NCBI GenBank assembly: GCA_002435915.1
Contig: DIWY01000004.1
Coordinates: 138,053-202,052, forward strand
Length of the DNA: 64,000 nt
Direction: 5' to 3'
Source: Christensenella sp. UBA6094
GTDB taxonomy: Bacteria; Bacillota; Clostridia; Christensenellales; UBA6094
Part shown: positions 41,247 to 50,160 of the stretch, one piece after another
Layout of the letters: every line of letters begins with the position of its first letter
Position numbering within the stretch: the stretch's first letter is position 1
The notes under the pieces: model-generated
What the model was told of the DNA's origin: nothing
The model's input: only the letters and a program-made list of their open reading frames with translations
The model's database searches: none
Position numbers and translations under genes: made by a program

Positions 41247-41804
41247 TTAATAAGAAAACAATACTTTCTTTAACCGTTTGAATAAAATATAGCTTATCGT
41301 ACCCTCAATTACTACACGTAGTAAATTAAATGGAACAAGTGCCTGAATAATATAAGCTGAAATGTTTACGTTACCCATGCCCAATAATGGTAAAAATACA
41401 AATACATTTAAAAGTAACGCAGCTATAACCATGCACACAGCACCGATGATTATTCCAAATAGTGCACTTTTGTCTGTCCTAAGTTTTTTGTAAAGTAATG
41501 CTGGAGCAAGAGCAAATGAAATGCCTAGTAGCAGATCCGCAAGCTCGCCAACTCCGGCAAATCCTGAGTTTCTAACGAGAAAGAAAATAATATTTTTTAC
41601 AACTGCTATTCCAATTGCACCAAGTGGTCCGAGGGTTAACCCTCCGATAATTGTTGGCACGTGGCTAATGCTTAGTTTTAACCAAGGCCATGCAGCAAAA
41701 AATGGAACGCTAAATTCTAAATACATTAGAACAAACCCCATGGCTGCTAGTAAAGCTATTTTTGTGATGTAACTGACTTTGTTTGGTTTCGATATTTTGT
41801 TCAA
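41247..41804 (-). CDS. ribU: ECF transporter S component for riboflavin (RibU-like)
   Basis: 185 aa membrane protein (GVGELADLLLG). TTG start after AGGAGGAA. Directly downstream of an FMN riboswitch. Confidence 0.8.
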   Translation of the reverse strand: MNKISKPNKVSYITKIALLAAMGFVLMYLEFSVPFFAAWPWLKLSISHVPTIIGGLTLGPLGAIGIAVVKNIIFFLVRNSGFAGVGELADLLLGISFALAPALLYKKLRTDKSALFGIIIGAVCMVIAALLLNVFVFLPLLGMGNVNISAYIIQALVPFNLLRVVIEGTISYILFKRLKKVLFSY

Positions 41805-41825
41805 AACTATTCCTCCTATAAAATA

Positions 41826-41851
41826 AACTGCAAAATTGATATCTTGCAGTT
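41826..41851 (-). terminator. expression-platform terminator of the FMN riboswitch
   Basis: Minus strand AACTGCAA-GATATCAATT-TTGCAGTT followed by TATTTTA. Confidence 0.6.
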
Positions 41852-41868
41852 CTAAGGAATAGAACAGA

Positions 41869-41985
41869 GATCTTCTTCCATCCAGACTTTAACTGTCGGC
41901 TTTGGAATTTCACCAAATCGGCCCAATTAAGGGTTCGCGGACTATAACCGCCGGTAGGGACTCACACCCTGCCCTGAAGACATCA
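41869..41985 (-). promoter_or_regulatory. FMN riboswitch (RFN element)
   Basis: Minus strand reads GTCTTCAGGGCAGGGTGTGAGTCCCTACCGGCGGTTATAGTCCGCGAACCC...GATTTGGTGAAATTCCAAAGCCGACAGTTAAAGTCTGGATGGAAGAAGAT, matching the conserved RFN core blocks. Confidence 0.9.
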
Positions 41986-41999
41986 TTTTGTTATCACCA

Positions 42000-42029
42000 A
42001 TTATAACTCATGTGTAAAGAACATATCAA
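42000..42029 (-). promoter_or_regulatory. candidate promoter for the FMN riboswitch-ribU unit
   Basis: Minus strand: TTGATA, 18 nt spacer, TATAAT. Confidence 0.5.
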
Positions 42030-42034
42030 TACAT

Positions 42035-43192
42035 TTATTTTGACAAATCTGCTTTATACACGATATTACCATCGATTATAACAGTATGCACTTTCGACCT
42101 AAAGTCCAGAGGATTCCCTGTGTAAAGTACTATGTCAGCATCTTTGCCTTCTTCTATGCTACCTAATTTATGATCAATTCCCAATATTTTAGCAGGATTA
42201 ATTGTTATTGATTGCATAGCAGTGTATTCATCCAAGCCTTCTCTTACAGCAAGCGCTGCGCAAACAGCAAGATGTTGCTCAGGAACTACAGGATGGTCTG
42301 TCATAATAGCAAATGTCATACCTTTTTCAGCAAGTATTTTAGGCGCTTTAAACGTTAAGTTGCGAAGCTCTGGCTTACTACGCTCTGTAAATAGTGGACC
42401 AACGATAACACCGAGTACATTTTTTTCATTGACTATATCCTCAGCTATGAGATAACCTTCTGTAAAATGATCCAGTGTAATGTTTATATCGAACTCGTTA
42501 GCTATACGGATAGCCGTGAATATATCATCAGCTCTATGAGCATGAACTTTTAGTGGAATTTCTCTTCTTAAAACTTTTACGATCGCATCTTTTGCAAAGT
42601 TGCGTTTTTCAGGGTGCTTTTCAAGATCAATTATATAGTTTTCTGCATCGAGTAGCGCATCTCTAAGCAGTGCCGCTGTAGCCATTCTTGTTGAAGGCGT
42701 TTTATCTTTTTCGCTATAAACTCGTTTTGGATTTTCGCCGAAAGCAGCTTTGAGTGCATATGATTCAACAACTAGCATGTCATCAATTCTATGACCATAT
42801 GTTTTTATTATAGAAAACAAACCAGATATGACGTTTGCGCTTCCAGGGCCTGTGCATACAGTTGTAACGCCTCCTTGATATGCTTCAGTAAATGTTTTAT
42901 CCATCGGGTTAATTGCATCAATTGCTCTTAGGCTTGGTGTTATCGGGTTAGTATCTTCGTTGCCATCTGCGCCTTCGAAGCCCACAGAATCTTCCCACAT
43001 GCCTAAATGGCTGTGAGCATCAATAATACCAGGGAACGCACATAATCCTACACAATCAATAACTGTGTCATCAAAAGATGCCTCAATATGTCTCGCAATT
43101 TTTTGGATTTTGCCTCTGTAGATTGCAATGTCAGCTTTATCGTAGTCTTTAAATACCATACTGTATATTTTTACATTTTGAATGATTATCAT
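42035..43192 (-). CDS. metal-dependent amidohydrolase
   Basis: GIIDAHSHLG metal-binding motif with later HAH and D residues. About 385 aa. Confidence 0.8.
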   Translation of the reverse strand: MIIIQNVKIYSMVFKDYDKADIAIYRGKIQKIARHIEASFDDTVIDCVGLCAFPGIIDAHSHLGMWEDSVGFEGADGNEDTNPITPSLRAIDAINPMDKTFTEAYQGGVTTVCTGPGSANVISGLFSIIKTYGHRIDDMLVVESYALKAAFGENPKRVYSEKDKTPSTRMATAALLRDALLDAENYIIDLEKHPEKRNFAKDAIVKVLRREIPLKVHAHRADDIFTAIRIANEFDINITLDHFTEGYLIAEDIVNEKNVLGVIVGPLFTERSKPELRNLTFKAPKILAEKGMTFAIMTDHPVVPEQHLAVCAALAVREGLDEYTAMQSITINPAKILGIDHKLGSIEEGKDADIVLYTGNPLDFRSKVHTVIIDGNIVYKADLSK

Positions 43193-43253
43193 GCGCACTC
43201 CGCCCTTCAAGTATTTCTATAATAATATCATATATTTTGTCATATGTGTATTA

Positions 43254-44087
43254 TTAGAATCCTTCTCCGAGCACTTCTTTTACATTTCCTACTATTAAAA
43301 ATGCGCTATTGTCTTCATTCATAACTATATCTTTAACAAATTGAACTTCAGCATCTCTATGCACGACGCACAGTAGTACATTAACACCTTGTTTTGAATA
43401 CATTCCTGTACCAGAAAAAGAGGTAACTCCTCTATTTAGTTCTACTAAGATTTTACTTGATATAGCCTCAGAGTTTTTAGAGATAATTATGATCATCCTC
43501 GAAGTGCTTGGGCCTTCTAAAACTAATTCTGCGGCCTTGGATGAAATAAATATAGCGGCAAGACCATACAACGACAGTTCAGGCGAAAAAACAAAAGCAG
43601 CAATCAATATCACGACAAAATCTATTATAAATATTAGCCAATTAATTTTAATATGCTTAAAAACTCTTGCAGCAAGTACTGCAGCAGTATCTGATCCACC
43701 TGTAGTTGCTCCAGCTTTAATTACTAACCCTAAACCTGCTCCCATAAGCACTCCACCAAAAATTGAAGCAAGCAGCAAATCGTGTGTAATACATGGTATT
43801 GGTAAAATGTCTACTGCTAATGAAAACAGTGCAGTAGCAAATAATGATTTAATGCAAAATAAAAACCCTAGCTTTCTAAAGGCTAGGATAAATAGCGGTA
43901 CGTTAAGTATTGCAATCACTAAGCCAACATTTAACGAAAATAGATAATATAATATAGTTGCAAGTCCACTTACCCCGCCTGGTGCTATTTTATTTGGTAT
44001 TAAAAACATATCCATTGAGGCAGCCATGACAATTACACCAATAATTATCATTATATATTCTTCAAAAAATCTTTCTAGGTATTTCAT
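43254..44087 (-). CDS. YitT family membrane protein (DUF2179 C-terminus)
   Basis: IAPGGVSGLA motif. GGAGG precedes the ATG at 44087. Confidence 0.8.
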   Translation of the reverse strand: MKYLERFFEEYIMIIIGVIVMAASMDMFLIPNKIAPGGVSGLATILYYLFSLNVGLVIAILNVPLFILAFRKLGFLFCIKSLFATALFSLAVDILPIPCITHDLLLASIFGGVLMGAGLGLVIKAGATTGGSDTAAVLAARVFKHIKINWLIFIIDFVVILIAAFVFSPELSLYGLAAIFISSKAAELVLEGPSTSRMIIIISKNSEAISSKILVELNRGVTSFSGTGMYSKQGVNVLLCVVHRDAEVQFVKDIVMNEDNSAFLIVGNVKEVLGEGF

Positions 44088-44116
44088 ACCAACCTCCAAC
44101 ACAGCTTTGTTAAATA

Positions 44117-44161
44117 AAAAAACACCCTTAATAAAAAAACACCCTTAATAAAAAAGGGTGT
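44117..44161 (-). terminator. terminator after mazF with duplicated 3' arm
   Basis: Minus strand ACACCCTT-TTTTATT-AAGGGTGT-TTTTTTT, then a second ATTAAGGGTGTTTTTTT. On the plus strand this is a direct repeat AAAAAACACCCTTAATAAAA x2. Confidence 0.7.
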
Positions 44162-44185
44162 CCGTTTTAGTATTATTTATACGTA

Positions 44186-44530
44186 TCAGTCAGAAAAGCC
44201 CATGCTTATTTGAAGCGCTTCGTCAATTTTGCTCATTTCACTTTCAGATAGGCTTCCCATTTTCTCAAGCAATCTACTCTTATCTATTGTTCTGATTTGT
44301 TCAAGTAGTACAACTGAGTATCTGGGTAAAGTGCTCCCTGATTCGCTTATTTCGATATGTGTTGGAAGTTTAGATTTTGCTTTTTGCGAGGTTATTGCCG
44401 CAACAATTACCGTTGGGCTATATTTATTGCCAACGTCATTTTGTATTATTAGAACAGGCCTTACGCCGCCTTGTTCAGAGCCAATCACTGGACTCAAATC
44501 GGCGTAAAAGATGTCACCTCTTTTGATCAT
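44186..44530 (-). CDS. mazF: type II toxin MazF/EndoA (PemK family mRNA interferase)
   Basis: [32 protein letters not shown]...LPTHIEI...[13 protein letters not shown] is nearly collinear with B. subtilis EndoA. Confidence 0.9.
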   Translation of the reverse strand: MIKRGDIFYADLSPVIGSEQGGVRPVLIIQNDVGNKYSPTVIVAAITSQKAKSKLPTHIEISESGSTLPRYSVVLLEQIRTIDKSRLLEKMGSLSESEMSKIDEALQISMGFSD

Positions 44531-44699
44531 TACTTTATCACGCTCCGCCAAAAATTGTTCTAGCGCCGTAATAATAATCTAAGCATTTTACAATATTTCC
44601 GGTGCATAGAGTATCATTACCATTTTATTTTATGCGTGCAAAGTAAATTAGGTTTCAAAACAGACTATGTTTTTGCAATATTATTCGTTAGCAAGCAAT

Positions 44700-46223
44700 T
44701 TACGGAAGAATATATTCTAGTTGATCTATAATTTTTTCAGGAGAAAGTGAGTTTTCGCTCTTATTCTCTGTATATCTTTCAGCACATAAACCCAATACAA
44801 AGCAACCAAGCGCAGCCGCTTTCTCTTTAGCTATACCTCTAGCGGCAAACGCCGCAATTATACCCGAAAGAACATCACCGCTTCCGCCTTTAGCAAGAGC
44901 AGGATTACCAGCTATATTAAGATAAGTGATACCTTCAGCACTCAGAATTATGCTTGTATTACCTTTTAGTACTGTTACAGCCTTTGTACTATTTGATATA
45001 TTCCTAGCAGACTCAATGGGTTCACTTAGTACTTCCTCGGTTGAACATTCTAAAATCCTAGAAGCTTCTCCTGGATGTGGAGTTAAAATACAGTTTGAAC
45101 CTTCTGTAATATCGTTTATTGCTAGAGCATTCAGTGCGTCTGCATCAACAATCATTGGTTTCTTAAATGCCTTTTGAACATAGCTACATAGTTTTCTAGA
45201 ATACTCGCTTGTCGAAAGTCCTGGTCCCAATATTACAACATCTTTATCTTTTAAAAATTCATCCAATTTAGCTTGAACATTTTCATTAAACGTGTCTGGT
45301 CCATGTTCGTTTATATAGACTATAATATTAGGCGCGAGCGTTTGAGCGATATTAGCTACATCTTTGTCAGCAAACAATGTAACAAGCCCGCATCCACATT
45401 CATATGCCGCTTTTGCGCTGTGCACAGCAGCCCCAACCATCCCAAGACTGCCAGCAATTACTCCAATACGTCCAAATGAAGCTTTGTGCATATCTAACTC
45501 TCTTTTTTCTATAAGAGCACCAATTGCGTTATTATTAAGCATATACGTGTTTATATCACTTAGTTTATCAAGATTCTCGTGCCATATTGGCTCAATATAC
45601 AACTGCCCTGTATATTTTCTGCCATTTTTCAAATAATGACCTCTTTTAGCATAAGCAAACGTAACAGTGCAATCAGCTTTAATACATACGCCTTGAATAT
45701 CACCAGTTGTTGCATCAAGCCCAGATGCTATATCTAGCGAAAATATTGGTACACTAGATGAGTTTAGATAAGATATTACTTTTGTGTATACTCCCACTAT
45801 CTCTCTGCTTAATCCAATGCCAAACAACGCATCAATATATACATCTGGTATATCATAATAATCAATTTGGCTGGATTTCTTAATATATATTGGTTCAAGG
45901 CCTAAATCTATTAAAGCATCGAGATTCCTTCTTGGATCGCCGTCGTAAGAATCAACTTCATTGAAGATAAATACTTTCACTTTATACCCATCAGATAAAA
46001 GCAGTCTAGCAAGAGCAAACCCATCGCCAGCATTGCCGCCTGTGCCACAGCAAACATAAAAGACTCTAGCTTGACTATAGCGATCAAGTAAAACTTTTTT
46101 TGCAGCTTTAGCTGCACGTTCCATAAGCGCTATGCTAGCAATACCTTGCTGTTCTATGCACTCCATTTCCAAAAGTTTCATTTCTCTAGCAGTTACAACA
46201 TAATCTCTGTATTCGCTACTCAT
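44700..46223 (-). CDS. nnr: bifunctional NAD(P)H-hydrate epimerase/dehydratase
   Basis: GTGGNAGDG (YjeF_N domain) and GGSGDVLSG (carbohydrate-kinase-like C domain). AAGGAG precedes the ATG at 46223. Confidence 0.9.
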   Translation of the reverse strand: MSSEYRDYVVTAREMKLLEMECIEQQGIASIALMERAAKAAKKVLLDRYSQARVFYVCCGTGGNAGDGFALARLLLSDGYKVKVFIFNEVDSYDGDPRRNLDALIDLGLEPIYIKKSSQIDYYDIPDVYIDALFGIGLSREIVGVYTKVISYLNSSSVPIFSLDIASGLDATTGDIQGVCIKADCTVTFAYAKRGHYLKNGRKYTGQLYIEPIWHENLDKLSDINTYMLNNNAIGALIEKRELDMHKASFGRIGVIAGSLGMVGAAVHSAKAAYECGCGLVTLFADKDVANIAQTLAPNIIVYINEHGPDTFNENVQAKLDEFLKDKDVVILGPGLSTSEYSRKLCSYVQKAFKKPMIVDADALNALAINDITEGSNCILTPHPGEASRILECSTEEVLSEPIESARNISNSTKAVTVLKGNTSIILSAEGITYLNIAGNPALAKGGSGDVLSGIIAAFAARGIAKEKAAALGCFVLGLCAERYTENKSENSLSPEKIIDQLEYILP

Positions 46224-46228
46224 CCGAA

Positions 46229-46987
46229 TCACTCCTTCGCTTGTAATAGCACAAAAGCTACAGCCACTTCTTTTTCATGAGACAAACTTAAGTAAGTGTT
46301 ATATTCATCTAAAGATTTATTAATCTCTTTGTCAGTTGTATAAAAATACGGCTTACCAGAAGCATCTCTTAGTATTAATAGCTTTTGATAATTTGCTATT
46401 GTATTATCTAAGCCAAGAAGATTAAACAGCGCCTCTTTAGCTGCTATATTTGCAGCACGGCTCTCATGCCTAAAGCATAATTCAGCCTCAGTTAGCTTTT
46501 TAAAATCTATATTTTCGATAGGAATGATTTGTGTTTTTGCCAAATAAGCATATTCATTATCATTTAGTATATTAAAAATTAGCTCTTCAGCATTTCCCGG
46601 TTTATATGCAATGCAAGTAGTTATAATCATTGGTGCATCGCAAGTAACATTATTGCCTGTTCGTTCAAATTTCAAATAATACTTATATTTATTTAAACCC
46701 TTTATTGATGCATTTATCATTGCATAAGGACACTTATCATTAAAATACACATTAATGTCTTTATATGAAATACCAACAAAGCCAGTACCGACGGCTTTTG
46801 AAACAGCTTCTTTTGCACTAAATACAAAAGACATGTATAATGGCTCACCGAAAAGCTTTTTATCAGTATTTTCATACTCAAAAGAACTGAGAATCTTTTC
46901 AGCAAATGGTCTTGCCATTATTGACTTTCTGATTCTATTCACATTAATTATATCAATACCAATGCCACTAATTATCATGCTATTCAC
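46229..46987 (-). CDS. acpS: 4'-phosphopantetheinyl transferase, tandem-duplicated AcpS-like
   Basis: 252 aa, about twice normal AcpS length. Half 1 carries GIGIDI...FSAKEAVSKAVGTG. Half 2 carries IPIENID...AAKEALFNLLG...SGKPYF...LSLSHEKEVAVAFVLL. Confidence 0.7.
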   Translation of the reverse strand: MNSMIISGIGIDIINVNRIRKSIMARPFAEKILSSFEYENTDKKLFGEPLYMSFVFSAKEAVSKAVGTGFVGISYKDINVYFNDKCPYAMINASIKGLNKYKYYLKFERTGNNVTCDAPMIITTCIAYKPGNAEELIFNILNDNEYAYLAKTQIIPIENIDFKKLTEAELCFRHESRAANIAAKEALFNLLGLDNTIANYQKLLILRDASGKPYFYTTDKEINKSLDEYNTYLSLSHEKEVAVAFVLLQAKE

Positions 46988-47003
46988 CTATTTCAAGCAC
47001 CTT

Positions 47004-47861
47004 TCAAGCATAAATACCTTCTCCTCTAACAGATACTTCTCCATAATTTATTATTTCAATTCCGTTATCTGTTTTTAACATAAGTGCACCTGCATCATTA
47101 AAGCCAACTGCAAAACCTTTTTTTGTATACTCGCCTTCAATTATCTCAATTTGTTTACCAATAACACAAGATTTCGACTCGTACTCTTCGGTAATAAAAT
47201 TCAAGCTTTTTTTGTATTCGTATTCATTAAATAGTGCCTCAAATTGGTTAAGTATATCTTTAAGAAGCTCAATCCTTGGGATGGCTTTGCCTGATTCAAT
47301 AGATAGAGAAGTTGCTTTATGTGAGATTTCTTTGCTAATATCTTTTTTATCAATATTCACGTTTACACCAAACCCTATAGCAATCCAATCTATTTTATCT
47401 TTCTTATTATTCATTTCGGAAAGTATTCCGCATACTTTTTTTCCGTTAACAATCACATCATTTGGCCATTTAATCATTGCGTTTAATCCAGTAACATTAT
47501 TTATAGCTCTAGCTACAGCGACACCACATAGAATTGAATATCCTGTACTTAGACTAACTTGCATATCTGGTCGCAATAATATGGTAGCCCATATGCCAGC
47601 ACCACTTGGAGAAACCCAGGCTCGCTTAAACCTGCCTTTACCACTTGTTTGCGTGTCTGCAATAAATAATACTCCATTTCCAGCTCCATTTTGAGCCTCA
47701 GCTCTAGCTAGATCATTAGTCGAACTTGTCATATCTCTATAGCACACATCTTTAACTAGTGTGTTTTCAGTAATGCTGTTTAAAACAATCTCACTTGATA
47801 ATATGTCTTTTTGCATATCGGTCTCATTTCTTTTAGAATTCTTCTTCGTCGTCACTACCAT
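47004..47861 (-). CDS. birA: biotin--[acetyl-CoA-carboxylase] ligase, class I (no HTH)
   Basis: TQTSGKGRFKRAW motif, KWPNDV. The real start may be the ATG at 47816. Confidence 0.85.
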   Translation of the reverse strand: MVVTTKKNSKRNETDMQKDILSSEIVLNSITENTLVKDVCYRDMTSSTNDLARAEAQNGAGNGVLFIADTQTSGKGRFKRAWVSPSGAGIWATILLRPDMQVSLSTGYSILCGVAVARAINNVTGLNAMIKWPNDVIVNGKKVCGILSEMNNKKDKIDWIAIGFGVNVNIDKKDISKEISHKATSLSIESGKAIPRIELLKDILNQFEALFNEYEYKKSLNFITEEYESKSCVIGKQIEIIEGEYTKKGFAVGFNDAGALMLKTDNGIEIINYGEVSVRGEGIYA

Positions 47862-48474
47862 ATCTTACAAAAGCTTCTTTAATTGTATCCCAGTCGTAGC
47901 CTTTACTAGCTAACGCCCTATATATTTTCTGTTTTATTTTTTGATCTTTACCGTCATAATTATTTTTTCTAGCATACTTTTCTAAAATTTCAATTGCATT
48001 TTTTAGCTCGTCTTCAGGCATTATTTTCTCGATAGCAATTTTAGCAGATTGAGAGTCAATCTTTCTATTTATCATTTTCACATATACTGCTCGTTTACCT
48101 AGTTTTTTTACGTTTGTAGCGTCTGATACAATCATTCGCGAAAGTTCAGCATCATCAATGTATTTATAGTCAGCAAGTTTATTTTGGATAATATCAATTG
48201 TGCGCCTATCATACCCTTTATCAAGCAAAACTTTTGTAAGCTCGCTTTTAGAAAACTGTTTATAAGATAATCTTTTTAAAGCATAATCAAGCCCTGCCCT
48301 ATATTCATCATCAACAAGGATGCGCTCAATAAGCTCTTTACTTATTTCTGATCCAATACCTATATTATATTTGATTACATATTCTTTAAACGTAGCAAAG
48401 CTATACGAACCATCAACAAATACATTGCACCTATCTTTATTATTCTTCTGCTGCGTAATATCTGTAATTATCAT
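47833..48474 (-). CDS. recX: recombination regulator RecX
   Basis: AGGAGAT precedes the ATG at 48474 (MIITDITQQKNNKDRCNVFVDG...). Three-repeat helical pattern. The longest ORF start at 48603 is unlikely. Confidence 0.85.
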   Translation of the reverse strand: MIITDITQQKNNKDRCNVFVDGSYSFATFKEYVIKYNIGIGSEISKELIERILVDDEYRAGLDYALKRLSYKQFSKSELTKVLLDKGYDRRTIDIIQNKLADYKYIDDAELSRMIVSDATNVKKLGKRAVYVKMINRKIDSQSAKIAIEKIMPEDELKNAIEILEKYARKNNYDGKDQKIKQKIYRALASKGYDWDTIKEAFVRYGSDDEEEF

Positions 48475-48588
48475 TTTATATCTCCTAGCATACAAGCTAT
48501 AAAAAAATTTTAACATGATAAAGAAAGTTTGCATAGAAACAATTTGTTTTGCAAAAAATACTACCAATATGTTTAAGGAGGTAATTTT

Positions 48589-48795
48589 ATGAATCAGCAA
48601 CAACCACAGATCGAATCTAAGAACCTTACAATATTAGAAGATCAGATGAACTATGAAGCTTTAGCGCTTAAAAAATGCGAGTTATATGCTCAGTATTTCA
48701 CTGACCCTACACTAAAAAATTCGGTTAACACTATCGCCCAGAGCCATAAACAACATTTTGAAAATTTATATCAGTATCTAAATAGCCATCAATAA
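48589..48795 (+). CDS. small helical protein paired with a CotF-family gene (YraE-like?)
   Basis: AAGGAGG RBS. 68 aa. The next gene starts 11 nt downstream. Confidence 0.55.
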   Translation: MNQQQPQIESKNLTILEDQMNYEALALKKCELYAQYFTDPTLKNSVNTIAQSHKQHFENLYQYLNSHQ

Positions 48796-48806
48796 GGAGG
48801 AGAATA

Positions 48807-49082
48807 ATGAACGCACAAGCAAATTTAAGCGAAAAAGATTTACTAAATGACTTATTAAACCAAGAAAAAATGATGATAAGTAGTTATGCAACATTTGTAA
48901 CTGAAGCTTCTTGCCCAAATCTAAGACAAGTACTCACCACACAGCTAAACGAGACAGCAACTAACCAATACCAGATATTTGACCAGATGAGACAACGCGG
49001 ATACTACGCAACAAAAGATGCGCCTACAGCAGATGTAACCCAAGCTAAGGAAAAAATGTCACAGATGAAAAACAATTTATAA
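48807..49082 (+). CDS. spore coat protein, CotF family
   Basis: LSEKDLLNDLLNQEKMMISSYATFVTEASCPNLRQVL...RGYY matches my memory of the Coat_F consensus. AAGGAGGAG RBS. Confidence 0.7.
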   Translation: MNAQANLSEKDLLNDLLNQEKMMISSYATFVTEASCPNLRQVLTTQLNETATNQYQIFDQMRQRGYYATKDAPTADVTQAKEKMSQMKNNL

Positions 49083-49084
49083 CA

Positions 49085-49107
49085 AAAAAGAGCCTTTGGC
49101 TCTTTTT
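49085..49107. terminator. bidirectional terminator between convergent genes
   Basis: AAAAAGAGCC-TTT-GGCTCTTTTT. Confidence 0.8.
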
Positions 49108-49352
49108 TAATTATCGTAGTCGTCTAGATCTACATTATCGAATTCCATTTGCTCAATGCGAGAAATTGCTTCTTTAGTTTTGGGAGCATTTTTTTTATGC
49201 GTCGTTCCTAAACAAGCGTCGCATGTTGTAAGACAATATGGGCAGATGCACATGCTATATATTCCGTTTTCTCTATGGACCATAAGTTGGCCACATTCTG
49301 GACATCCACATACCAAGTGAACCACTTCCTTTACTATATTGTAATCAAACAA
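49107..49352 (-). CDS. cysteine-rich zinc-ribbon protein with acidic tail, unknown function
   Basis: CGCPECG...14 aa...CICPYC..C..C (8 Cys). The real start is probably the TTG at about 49316, after AAGGAAG. Confidence 0.5.
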   Translation of the reverse strand: MFDYNIVKEVVHLVCGCPECGQLMVHRENGIYSMCICPYCLTTCDACLGTTHKKNAPKTKEAISRIEQMEFDNVDLDDYDN

Positions 49353-49419
49353 TTACTTTTGTGCAACATAAATGGTTATGCTATAATATGAGTGATTAAT
49401 AAATGGGATTAGGTATTAT

Positions 49420-50145
49420 ATGAAAAATATCAAATGCAAAAAACTTTTTGCTAGTTTAGTCACATTAATTCTAGTATCAAATAGCGCTATTACAGTTGCA
49501 TCTGCTGATTTTAATTCAGATGAGCAAGCAGTTGTATATTCAGTTCAAGCACGACTTAGAGAGCTTGGCTATTTTAACTATCGGCCAACTGCAACTTATG
49601 GTGAAATGACTAAAGCTATTGTCAACACCTTTAGAGTTAAAAACAGCTTAGGTACAAGCAATTTGCTTGATGAGCAGACTTATAACCAACTGTTCAAAAG
49701 CGCTGCTGTTAGAAAAGTAATTTCACCTGAAATTTCTCTACCTATCGGTCCTCAAACAAGTAGCGCTCATACTGCCGGTGGCAAATCCACTGCTTTTTCA
49801 GAAATTAAAAACAGTGTAAATGTTGGCGATACTTTTACTGTAGAAGATTACATAACTGGTAAATCATTAACATTAAAACGAACTGGCGGCGAAAATCATT
49901 TTGACACTGATCTTGCTGGCAGTAGTAATATAACTAATTTGAAAGAGATATTCGGCAATACTTTCACTTGGGAAAAGCGCAGTGCTGTAGCTGTTATAAA
50001 CGGTGCTAGAATTGCAGCTGCAATGAGCGTATTCCAAGACGGCTCTACAACAAAAATTATTGTATATTTTACAGGCTCATCTTCCGATATAATGGGTACA
50101 TTAGATGTTGAATATGCTGAAAAAATTCTACAAGCTGTAGAATAA
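49420..50145 (+). CDS. secreted protein with a peptidoglycan-binding domain and an unknown C-terminal domain
   Basis: Signal peptide ...AITVASA. PG_binding_1-like VVYSVQARLRELGYFNYRPTATYGEMTKAIVNTF. Confidence 0.65.
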   Translation: MKNIKCKKLFASLVTLILVSNSAITVASADFNSDEQAVVYSVQARLRELGYFNYRPTATYGEMTKAIVNTFRVKNSLGTSNLLDEQTYNQLFKSAAVRKVISPEISLPIGPQTSSAHTAGGKSTAFSEIKNSVNVGDTFTVEDYITGKSLTLKRTGGENHFDTDLAGSSNITNLKEIFGNTFTWEKRSAVAVINGARIAAAMSVFQDGSTTKIIVYFTGSSSDIMGTLDVEYAEKILQAVE

Positions 50146-50160
50146 TTCATGGAGGTAAAA

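Noticed and set aside
41710-41916. 68-aa minus-strand ORF upstream of ribU
   Set aside because: It overlaps the FMN riboswitch aptamer and its terminator, so the RNA element explains the sequence.
44103-44185. Direct repeat AAAAAACACCCTTAATAAAA x2, considered as a possible mobile-element end or att site
   Set aside because: It is explained as a terminator with a duplicated 3' arm. There is no integrase or inverted partner nearby.
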